Assembly (NCBI GenBank): GCA_964016885.1
Contig: OZ024742.1
Location: 208,196,001 to 208,260,000 of the forward strand
DNA length: 64,000 nt
Source of the DNA: Eledone cirrhosa
Lineage: Eukaryota
Direction of reading: 5' to 3'
The translations under genes were made by a program, and so were the position numbers. Positions 10,773 through 21,782 of this stretch are shown here, in pieces. Within the stretch, counting starts at the first letter, position 1, and every line of letters begins with the position of its first letter. The notes beneath the pieces are model-generated. The model made no database searches. It saw only the letters and a list, made by a program, of their open reading frames with translations, and was not told where the DNA came from.

Positions 10773-13700
10773 ATGACCTCACTCAGAATAGGCAGCATAA
10801 ATGCGCGTGGTTTGGGGTCGTCATGGAAGCAGGGTCACCTGCTCAACGACCTCAGGTCACTAAACATAGATGTAGTGGCCATCAGCGAGACCAGAATCTC
10901 CGAAGCACGGGCCTTCGCACCGATCTTCGGCGGCTACGATGTGTACGCATCTCCCAGCCGTCCTGGATCGGGTGGAGGAGTTGCTGTGCTATTTCGGAGA
11001 GGTTTGGATCTCGCCATACGGGCCATCTTCCTGGACCCAGAGGGTAAGCTGGTGGTGCTGGACGTGACCAGCGGAGACGGGCAAGCTTTCAGGCTAGTGG
11101 CCGTCTATGCCCCGACAGGAGCAGGGCGGCCTGATTTCTTCCGGCGTCTGGAGACCTTTCTTGGAACGTCCCGCTCTTTAGTGTTAGTGGGCGACTGGAA
11201 CGGGATCTTAGATGCACGCTGGGACTGTGTGGGATTAGCGGATAGGGGTGGAGGGTGCAAGAGCCTCACCAACCTGCTCAGGCGTTTTGAACTGTCTGAC
11301 AGGTACCGATTGGATTTCCCGAATGTGCCAATGTGGACTTGGACAAACCGCATAGGGTCATCCAGATCATATCTAGATAGAGTATTTTGTACGGAAATAG
11401 ATAGGTCTAGCAGAGGCTGTCCACAATTCAAGATAGTCAGCTACACGGACCACAAATTCGTGACCTGTGTGCTTGACTTAGATAGGCTTCATAGACGAGG
11501 ACCCGGCTACTGGAAGCTAAACGCGTCCTTACCAGCGCGCAAGGCCTACAGAGACCGGATTAGCGAACTAGTTAAGCGGGCGTTGACGAGGGTCATCGTC
11601 AACAACAAGTGGTGGTTTGCTCTGAAAAGAGCGATTAGAATAGAATCGATTAGGTTTAGTAAGGCTTTAGCAATAGAGAAAAATAGAGCAGAGGGAGAAC
11701 TAGTTAGAAAATTAGACGAGGCGCTTAGCAAAGGCATTGCGACCGACGTGCTTGCGGCGAAATTGGCCCTTGACCAATTCTTCAATGCAAAGCACGAAGG
11801 CTGCGTTGTCAGAGCTAGGGTGCGTGCTCTCAGACACGAGGGGACGAAAGCCGTTCAATGGGCCCGAGTGGCGGAGGCGCGTCGTGGCAACAAAGCCACG
11901 ATCCGGTCTTTGGTGAACCACGACGGGCGCATGCTACTCGATCCCGGGCAAATGTGTGAAGCTTTTCAGCGACACTTCGCTCAGCTGTTCGGGGGCAGCG
12001 GTGGGCCGGGTAGAGGGATGGACTTTAGTGTCTACCTCGACGGACTGCCGCGGCTCTCGGCCACTGAGGCGAAGTGTTGCGAAAAGCCGATAACAGCCGC
12101 TGAAGTAAGGGAGGCAATGACTGGCTGCACAAGGGGTAAATCGCCTGGTTTGGATGGTCTGCCCTATAAACTTTACGTACAGATGCCAGACTTGTTCGGA
12201 GGCCTCTTGGCGGACGTCTACTGCAACTGGCAACAAAACGGGAGAATTCCCAGTTCTGTGAGCCGAGGAGCGGTGACACTGCTGAGAAAGGATCCGAACA
12301 AGGGGGATAACATAGAAAATTTCCGGCCCATAACTCTGCTAAACACAGAGTTTAAGATTTTGGCCAAGGTGCTAGCAAAGAGGTTGGCGCTTGTCGTTGG
12401 TGGTCTGGTATGAGAGGCGCAGACATGCGCCATTCCCGACAGATCCATCCACGACAACCTCCACCTCATGCGATACATCGTAGAGAGGGTAGCTAGGGAA
12501 CCTGGCACGGGTGGGTCCTTGATCAATTTAGATCAGTCGAAAGCTTTCGATAGGGTCGACCATCGTTACCTAGCGGCAGTCCTGAGGGCGGCTGGCTTTG
12601 GGCCCGTCTTCAGAGGCTGGATCGCTGCCATGCACAGCGACATCTGCTCTGTGGTGAGAGTGAACGGTCACCTGTCGGAACCGTTCAACATCATGCGCTC
12701 GGTCCGCCAAGGATGTCCCCTCTCGTCCCTCTTGTACGTATTGACTCTCGAGCCATTACAGCACAAACTGGAGACGTTGAGGGGAGTCCCGCGCGAACTA
12801 GGATGCGGAAGATCCGTGTCAGCATATGCGGACGATGTCACCGTAGTGGTGTCGAACGCCAAACACATCGAGGCGATCGGCACTACACTAAGAGAATACG
12901 AAGCGGTGACAGGAGCAATGATCAACCAGGAAAAGTCAGTGGGCCTGCAGCTCGGCACCTGGAGAGGCAGGTCCATGCCGTCCAACAGCGTTGTCGGACG
13001 CTGGACGGACGGACCGGTTAAATTGCTAGGGGTCTGGTTCGGTCCGGACCTCCAGACTGACAAAAACTGGGACGAGGTGACGAGCAGGGTGGCTTCTCTC
13101 ACCCAGAAATGGGCGGAGAGGAAGCTATCCCTGAAAGGTCGAGCGGAGGTGGCTAACGCGTACATCGCGTCTGTCATCTGCTACCGCCTGACCGTCGTAC
13201 CCTGTCCTAAGCCTCGCCTGACTGCGCTGGAGCGTTTGCTCTTTCGCTTTTTGTGGAAGGGACGTGCTCCGATGGTCAGGCGATCCATCTGTTGTCAACA
13301 CCCGCTACGTGGAGGGCTGGGCATGCCGTGGCTGATGATGCGCAGGCACGCGCTCAGGCTACGACATCTCCACCTCTTCCTCGACGGTGATCAGGTGTGG
13401 TCGCCGTTTGCTAGGCGCGTATTTCCGCAGCTCGTTTCCTTGACGGAGCTGCAGTCCTGGGTCAAGCGAAGACCGAGAGGGAGCGCCTGGAGACTGGAAT
13501 GTCTTCAGGCGCTCTCAGCCCTCGACCAATCGGGCAATGTGATCGGTGGAAACTCAACCTCGGCGTTCTATAGAGGATTAGTGGAGGGTAAGAGCGACGA
13601 CGTACTTGGGGAAACTCTAGGCGTCGACGAAAATCAACTAGCCAATCTCTTCGGAAGAACTTTCGGGCAGGGGCCTATGGACAACTTCCAGAAATCTCTG

Positions 13701-14185
13701 GCCTGGCAGTGCTACCGAGGAGCCTTGCCAGTTCGGGATAAACTCTACAGGCATGGAGGTGCCGTCAGCCGGGCATGTCCGAGATGCGGGCAGGGCGACG
13801 AAACCGTCCTGCACGCACTCGTCCAGTGTCCGAAAATTGCTGACTTTATGTCGAACACCTGCTGTCGCGTTTAGGACGGATCCGGCTATCATCTGAGTCC
13901 ATCGTGAGGATTGCCCCTCCCTCCTCCTTTAGCCGGGAAGGGCAGGCAGTTTTTATCTGTCTGGTGGCCATGGCGAAAGAGATAGTATGGTGGACACGTT
14001 TGAAAGGGCTGAAGACGAGCACTTACCGCTTCGGTGATGCTCTGATTGACTTTTTCAAATTTCATTTGAAAAGGAAAATCAGAGTAGAGAGGGAAGTGCT
14101 CTCTTCCCAGCATTTTGTTGAAAGATGGGTGAGAGAAGCAAGAATGGCCCGAGTGAATGGGCCTACTCTGAGTATATATCTGTAA
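10773..14185 (+). pseudogene. Tx1 copy B ORF2 (APE-RT-zf), inactivated by two lesions
   Basis: Nearly identical to the copy C ORF2 except TGA at 12411-12413 (GGA in C) and a 7-nt deletion near 13846. YADD present. Confidence 0.95.
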
Positions 14186-14444
14186 ATTAAAGGTGGAAAA
14201 CTGGGAGAGGGCACTTGCCTTGGTGGTCAGGGTCATTGTGGCTTTTTACTGGGCTTTCTCCACAAATGTCCCTCCGAAGTCTCCCCCCTATTGGGGAATT
14301 TTCCATTGTTATTTTCATTGTTATTTTTGTTACATCCTCTGTTTTTGTTTTTTACACGCAGAAATGCCCATTTGTACCGTTCTGCATTGTCCTGCACTGT
14401 CTTTAATGTCTACTTTATGTAAACCCTTGTGGTTAATAAAGAAA

Positions 14445-14446
<2 letters not shown>

Positions 14447-14476
<30 letters not shown>

Positions 14477-14485
14477 TTTATTATC
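14447..14485. repeat. (ATT)n at the Tx1-B 3' end
   Basis: Direct reading. Confidence 0.97.
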
Positions 14486-15171
14486 ATCAAGTACCTACTG
14501 CTGTATTTATTTTCAATAAATGATGATTACAACGACCAAGGTGAGAAGAGAGTTTAAGATCCATCATTAATATTTTCTCTCCACACACACGTTTGTGTGT
14601 TGATAATTGTTATAATATATTTTAAAGAAAGCAGGGAGGAAATGTGTATAAGCTAAGTTTAACCAGTTCTTATTGCCCACTATATCACAAAATTGTCATC
14701 TTGAAACATCAAACCGTGTAGTCTATGATACATCCTGCCCTCTCTAATGAAATGATTTTCCATTTTCTTCCACTTTTCTCTTCTTCCAGTTTTCAAAGAC
14801 CTCGCAAGATAATTTATTTCCTTATATAAACAGTAATCAACATATTTATCCATTTACTGTTGAATGTATAGTCTTGAATGTGATTAAAAGTGATTAAACC
14901 AGGCATCATAACATGACGACCAGCTATTTCTCAATGCAGCGAACTTGTCTATCTAACCCTTTATTTTTTCTCAGTGTGGTACGTGTGTATGTAATTTGGG
15001 GAAGGAGATCAATCGTATATATCGACGCCAGTATTTGAATAGTATATTGTTTTATCGAAAACAGAAGAATGGAGAACAAATCGATGTATATGAATATGTC
15101 CTTAGTATGTTAGAAGCTGGAACAAATAACGCAAATCATTTTGTCCGACACGAGTCTACCAAATATATTGA

Positions 15172-15290
15172 TTTCTACTTTAGTCACAAGGCCAGCGAGG
15201 TTTTGAGGAAAGGCAATGTAGATTAAATCAACCCCAGTACTTGACTGGTACTTTATCTTATCGAACACAAAAGTATAAATGGCAACGTTC
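15172..15290 (-). mobile_element. Degenerate SINE 3' fragment
   Basis: TTTCTACTTTAGTCACAAGGCCAGC...CTGGTACTTTATCTTATCGA matches the SINE at 46427. Confidence 0.65.
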
Positions 15291-15580
15291 GATTACAAGA
15301 TTACAATCGTTTTAACTTTGCTTCGTCATTGGTATTTATACATATAATCAATTCAATTGAGCAAACATTTCCGTATTAACACAAGGCCAGGGGATACAGT
15401 TGGAGGAACAGATGGCATCTTGTATGTTCATTTACACTACATTTAATATTCTTTTTATATACACAATTACTGGCTGTAAATCATGTGTTTGGTCCTCTTT
15501 ATATTGTTGTATGCAATGAACATCCATATTGGAATGGTTTCTACAGTAGCAAGAATGTTAAGGTTTTCATCCATATTTTG

Positions 15581-15944
15581 ACTAAACATGAAAAATATGC
15601 AAGGTCAAAAGAGCCACAGAATGTTATATTAAACCTTCAAAAGTGAGGGACTAGAGTTGTTACTAAAAAATACTGTAATCATTATCTATCGTACATTGTG
15701 TGGCATCCTTTAAAAAAATATCACAATAAATACATCTATGTTTAATAATATTACGTAATTATTTATAGCTGTTATTACATTAAACATAGATGTATTTATT
15801 GTGATATTTTATAAAGGATGCCACAGAATGTACGATAGATAATGATTACAATATTTTTTGAGTAACAACTCTAGTCCCACACTTTTGAAGGTTTATTATA
15901 ACATTCAGTGGCTCTTTTGAGCTTGCGCATTTTTCATGTCTAGT
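15581..15944. repeat. Long inverted repeat (arms ~165 bp, spacer ~32 bp), MITE/foldback-like
   Basis: 15581-15746 is the near reverse complement of 15779-15944. Confidence 0.9.
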
Positions 15945-16494
15945 TTTATATTTTTTAAGGCAACGCTTGTAATAACTCTAGTTAAACATGATATATATTA
16001 ATAATAAATTATCGTTGTAATTATATAATTGTTATTATAAATGATCTTATAAATATTAGTGTAAGATGTATAAAACTATTTTCAGACTTTTAATATAAAC
16101 AACTATAAAAAACAATTAATATTAAATCAATATATTATACATAATAGAAAACATAAAATAAATAAACAATATAAAAATAAAATATTTACATACAATTGCA
16201 ATTATCAGTCTATATAAATTGTCTTTATTCCCTGAGCAAATTAATGAGATTTGTTCTTATTGCACATAATTTGATGACTTTTTGGAGTGTATTAAAAGAA
16301 AACAACAATTTGTGATTAAATTGTTATCTTAAGCAACTCTCTTTTTAATAGTTGTTGGTTGAGCGAAATTGGAAAAGCCTATGAGCACATATTTTAAAAA
16401 AATACACAAAATACACATTTCCCTGTATTGTTGCAGCATTAGATAAAATAATTGAGCAATGTCGTGAGATTTTGCTCTTATTGCACATTAATTG

Positions 16495-16660
16495 TGTTTC
16501 TATTTTTCGGCACAAAGCCGTTACCGCAGTCCATTGCTGGTACTTTATTTTATCGAATTGGTAAGGATGAAAGGCAAAGTTAACCTCGGCGGGATTTGAA
16601 CTTAGAACGCAAAGGGCCATAACAATGCTGCAAAGCATGGTGTCTGACGCTCTACCAATA
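16495..16660 (-). mobile_element. tRNA-headed SINE (a second fragment lies at ~16808-16868)
   Basis: GTAAGGATGAAAGGCAAAGTTAACCTCGGCGGGATTTGAAC core shared with the other copies. Confidence 0.85.
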
Positions 16661-18589
16661 CTTGTGTTGAGCTGGTCACCAATTTGTGGTGGTCGTGCGT
16701 GGAGTAAAACAACAAGCGCTAGTCGAAATAGTATCAACAAAACATTTTTATTTGTCGAAGAACATATTTTCAATACAGTTTGTGAATGGGCATCTACTTA
16801 TAGTGACAGTGTATTACTGGTACTTTATTTTATCGACCCCGTAAGGATGAAAGGCAAAGTTAATACCGACAATAATGCAAATGTGTAATAGTGAAAATTT
16901 GCGCCTTTTCAATAATTTATCGTCTGCTCATGTTGCATTAAAGGGAAATAACTCGTCTCTCAACTGAATTTATACATTTTAACTGAAACATCAATATTAC
17001 ACATTCGATTTGAAATTTTTTTTTTACCGATCTCTCCGCTGGAGCTTAATCTATAAGTTTAGATGTGTGGCGACCGTTTTAGTAGAGAGACAGACAGACA
17101 ACCTCAGTTTTTTTTTATATATATACATATCAAAGATTTTTAAACGCGTGTGCGACAAATTTTTACAATGTGTTTAGAAAAATTATGTTTACAAAGATTT
17201 ACAAACAAAGTGCAGTTTGTATTACAATCGGAAATCTGCCTATACTCGATTGCAATATATAAAGAGGAACAATATACAAAGATATATTTCTTTATTTGGC
17301 ACAAGGGCGCACAGAAATGGGACATTACAGAACATGAATATACGCTATTTTGAATTGTTTAAAAATTGTTTACAAACAAAAATTTAGAATCGTTTTGTAC
17401 AAACGATAAAATAAAAAATATTTGTACAAACTTTTACGATAGACTTTCATCTTATCTATTGACCGCCTAACCCTAACCCTAACGTCAATATATTACATTT
17501 GTTTTTAAAATAGTTAATATAAATTTTTAAAAATCATATAACGACGAAATAACAAAAATAAATGAACTAGGAAAACAAACAAAAAAAACATGGTGGATGC
17601 TTTTGAGCAACACTTACTCTGATGGTTGAAAATTAGCCAATGGCATGTAATCACCACGGCCACGGCCAGACCTTGAAAAAGAAATTGACGATCTACACAT
17701 ATATGTTAGAACACTAAAAGTGACTAAAACATTCTGTTGTTAGTCACTTCGTGTCTAACAGATGTACAATAAATATAAGAGAAACAAGAGATCTCAAAAG
17801 TTACTCTGTATCAAAATGAAATACATTGTTTTATGTCTTAAAATACAAACAAACTTCATTTTCGGAGAAGGCATTATTCAATTCTTATAAACTATTTTAT
17901 TACAGACCCACTAACGTGACACTGCAGAGCGCCGGTATACTCTGTAACGTTTCTTTAATTAGTTTTGAAAGCTCCAGGACGTGCCAAACACAGATAGAAA
18001 ATATATGTTCTAGTGTTTTCTTAGTTAATGGTTTATTTTGTAATAATCCGACGATAGACAAGTAAACGTTATACGAGAAAGTCTGATTCATCAATGTTTA
18101 ATTTGTTATTGGTTCTTGGTATCAACATTTTTCGCTAAAAATATCGACTAAATCCACTTGAATTCAAACAGTTGACGCCATTACAAGTATAGATAAATTT
18201 ACTGAAAAAAAATTTTAGTCGACAAAATTAATCAAATTCCGTCTATCTAAAAATCACCACCGGGTTTAATCAGATCGTAAACGTCGCAAGTAAATGAGGA
18301 AATGTTCCGAGATAGAATAATCATATCAACGTAGACACACGTATATTCTTCTTTTAACATATATTCCATTTAACATACATATATACAAAATAACCCTCCA
18401 CACACACGCACAAACACACAATCATATATATATATATATATGTGTGTGTGTATGTGTGTGTCTGTGTGTCTTTCTGAAAGCGCAATCCGACTTACACGAA
18501 CTCAACGTTAGGCATATACAAATATGCGTATACAGAGACGCATATATACATAACTACAAACATATATGGTGTGTGTGTATCGAAGTTCC

Positions 18590-18617
18590 AATACATACAA
18601 ACACACACACACAGGCA

Positions 18618-18666
<49 letters not shown>

Positions 18667-18689
18667 ACACACACACACACACACAGGCA

Positions 18690-18770
<81 letters not shown>
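18590..18770. repeat. (CA)n/(TA)n compound microsatellite
   Basis: Direct reading. Confidence 0.97.
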
Positions 18771-18775
<5 letters not shown>

Positions 18776-18980
18776 TTGCAAGGTTTTTATATGAAATTGT
18801 GTGTTGAAACAGATATTTTTATACTTGGGGAGGGTCATAATGTTATAATATTGCCAGAATTAATAACAGAACACACTCACTGTTTGGTTTGGGTTTGTTT
18901 TCTCTTATGTATCTTTTATATCTCCATAGTTAATATATTTGGCAATCAATGTTTATCAACGGTTAAAAATACAGATATAA
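18770..18980. repeat. Unclassified dispersed repeat; second copy at ~48521-48740, and its end is inverted at ~19201-19252
   Basis: ATTTGTTTTGCAAGGTTTT...GAAATTGTGTGTTGAAACA is present at both loci. Confidence 0.75.
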
Positions 18981-18999
18981 ATATATATATATATATATA

Positions 19000-19099
<100 letters not shown>

Positions 19100-19367
19100 A
19101 TCCCGCTGTATTGTATTGTAAAGTCTACAACGGGAGGAAACATAATAGTACCACTTATAATGTTGTAGATGTGTGCCGAAAGAACTTTGATAGACTATAT
19201 TTATATCTGTATTTTTAACCGTTGGTCAAATAATGATAAGCATTGATTGCCAATGTGGGAGTGCAGGATAACCAGTATGAAAACTGCATATCCCCTGGCA
19301 CGAGGAGACGCATATAGCAAGGCACGCCTATGTTGTTCCGTGTACCTTCCACTTGTGCCTATATGGG

Positions 19368-19412
<45 letters not shown>

Positions 19413-20080
19413 TCAAGCTTGTGTGGATCTGCATGCATGTACATATGCCTCTGGGTGAGTGTGTACACATGTTTATTTATTTATTCATTATCTTTCACAC
19501 AATATGCAGTGAACAGGTATCTTGCTGGGTCCTAGCAACAATGTTTTGTATGAACATTTTCTTCATACATTTTTATCTACGGTTTTTAAAAACAATAACC
19601 TCATACCATAATTCCTCATTTCTATATATATATATTGTATACCTATTTCCATATACTAACCTCATACCATTCACATCCCCTCATTAATTCCTTATACTGC
19701 ATATCCCCTTTAACAATGTCTAAACACTACCCCATGACAAACTGATGACCAGCTTAAACGCCCTACCCCTAGTACAACACCGCATTCTTTCATCTCATAT
19801 CACGCACAGCCCTACAACTTCCACACCCCACACAGCACCTCCACCTCACCACGTAAACGCCGACATGTCTAGGGCAAGCCAAAACAGCACACCTCTCAAC
19901 TCACATCAATCATTGCTCCCCCCACCACTACCTCATCATTACGCTCCCCATCCTCCACCTATCATACATGCCAAAACATTCCTCATAATTAAACCACCAA
20001 TGAAAACAACATAAATTGACCAACATACGAACGTTAGACATTTATATGCGATATATATTTATTCTGTCATTACTACAAAA

Positions 20081-20210
20081 GAGGTCCGACGAGCTTTGGA
20101 TTCCAGAGTCTACCAGATCGATACAGATCGAACCTTGAGCTGATCAATAGCGCAACGCACGTCACCAATCAATAAACGGAATGAAGGCTTAACAAATCGT
20201 CTTTGGTTTT
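20081..20210 (+). mobile_element. Penelope/retrozyme-like LTR fragment with a mutated hammerhead core
   Basis: Homologous to the reverse complement of ~54305-54440. Core reads CCGACGA...GCAA instead of CTGATGA...GAAA. Confidence 0.65.
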
Positions 20211-20557
20211 CTGCTAGCATGTGTAGTGTGCATATTGTTATTATACACAAGTATATATACATGTAGATATGATACATCAAATAAAATCGTAATTGACAAT
20301 ATACACAGAAATTGAACGAAGACAGCGTTACACTGTCTTATGTAACCAGTAACGTAATCAATGATACATTTAAAACAAAAGACGATATTGCATATAAACT
20401 GCATTAAGAGAAAATTATCGACATAAATATATGAACGTTTATTTAAGCGATGGCTAACCGGAAGAGTTGACATTTCTAAATTTTAATGGAATGAATATTA
20501 AAATTAGCAACCAAATTATTTATATTTAATCAAGAATAACGAAATTTAGTAGATAAC

Positions 20558-20735
20558 TTGGCAGTATCGGTAGAGAGTCGAACACCATGCTTTAAAGCAT
20601 AGAGTTACGTCCCTTTATGATCTGAGTTCAAATCCCGCCGAGGTTAACTTTGCCTTTCATCCTTACGGGGTCGATAAAATAAAGTACCAGTAATAAACTG
20701 GGCTATTGCTGGACTTGGGCCAAAAGTAGAAACAA
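20558..20735 (+). mobile_element. tRNA-headed SINE
   Basis: A-box-like TGGCAGTATCGG, B-box-like GAGTTCAAATCC, conserved core, ends GTAGAAACA then ATTATT. Confidence 0.9.
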
Positions 20736-20848
20736 TTATTTATTCAAAGTAATCCAACTTATTTTACAAACGGGATAAAAAAAAAAAATTCTGGACGCTG
20801 TCCCGCACTCCTTACTTTATTATAGTTTATATATATATATATATATAT

Positions 20849-21125
20849 ATAGTATAAAAAAATTAAAAAAACGAAAAATCAGTGATGCCTCTGGACTCAG
20901 TTTATTGCGTGTTACAATTGTTTCGCCGGCAGGTAGCTCGAGACATGATCACTGTATGGATCTGGCTGATTCTACGGCTGCAGGTTCCTTCGGACACATG
21001 CAATTCTTTCGGAGCAAGTTTTCTCACTGAGATCATTTCTCGAGCTACCTGCCGGCGAAACAATTGTAACACGCAATAAACCGAGTCCAGATGCATCACT
21101 GATTTTTCGTTTTTTTGTATACTAT
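20849..21125. repeat. Inverted repeat with ~85-bp arms
   Basis: 20865-20950 is the near reverse complement of 21031-21116. Confidence 0.9.
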
Positions 21126-21207
21126 TCACACCCTGCTCTGTAGGAATATTGAGTGCTAATTTTGGCATACCGCCTATCGAAGCACCATAGCTACCATTAT
21201 ACACACG

Positions 21208-21279
<72 letters not shown>

Positions 21280-21358
21280 CCACGTGATAGTTCTTAACCA
21301 TTTTGAATTCAATTCTGGCTGGGATCATGGTAGAAGAAACTTAGTTCAGTCTGGGGTA

Positions 21359-21442
21359 TCTCCTGATGAGTTCCAAGCCTCGTGGATTTATCCAAGACCG
21401 GTTATATTCACAAAGCGGACCGAAACCACCGGTTGGTAGAGA
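21359..21442 (+). ncRNA. Type I hammerhead ribozyme motif
   Basis: TCTC-CTGATGA-stem II-GAAA-CCACCGGTTG-GTA-GAGA. Stem I TCTC/GAGA, stem III ACCA/TGGT, stem II imperfect. Confidence 0.7.
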
Positions 21443-21782
21443 CTATGAGAATTTTGGTAAAATTTATGTGCAGTTTTCTTCAAACTTCTATTTTGTACCT
21501 AATTCCGTGTAGTTAACTATTTGCCTAGTCAATTTCTACAGGCTAAAAGAAATAATTAGATAAGTGTTATATGGCTGTACATCGCGGAAAATAATCTGTA
21601 TTATTTGTCTATTATTTCTTCATAACTACATTTTAAACGTATAGCCTCGTTTAAATGATTTTTTATGTGGTTGATTTATACTGATTAGGAGAGGAAATAC
21701 TGTATATATTTTATCTAATGGTTCTTTGGACTTACATTTATATATATATATATATATTTATACATACATACACAAATGTCAA

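Larger units (their letters stand above)
8429..14446 (+). mobile_element. Tx1-clade LINE, copy B, full length
   Basis: 5'UTR, ORF1, 35-nt spacer, ORF2, and 3'UTR ending GGTTAATAAAGAAATC. (ATT)n directly on both sides. Confidence 0.96.

Noticed and set aside
12411-12413. Programmed readthrough or selenocysteine at the in-frame TGA
   Set aside because: Copy C has GGA here, so it is a simple nonsense mutation.
9783-13892. Antisense ORFs repeated in Tx1 copies B and C (for example the 169-aa MTDAMY ORF)
   Set aside because: Shadow frames of ORF1/ORF2. They recur because the copies are similar.
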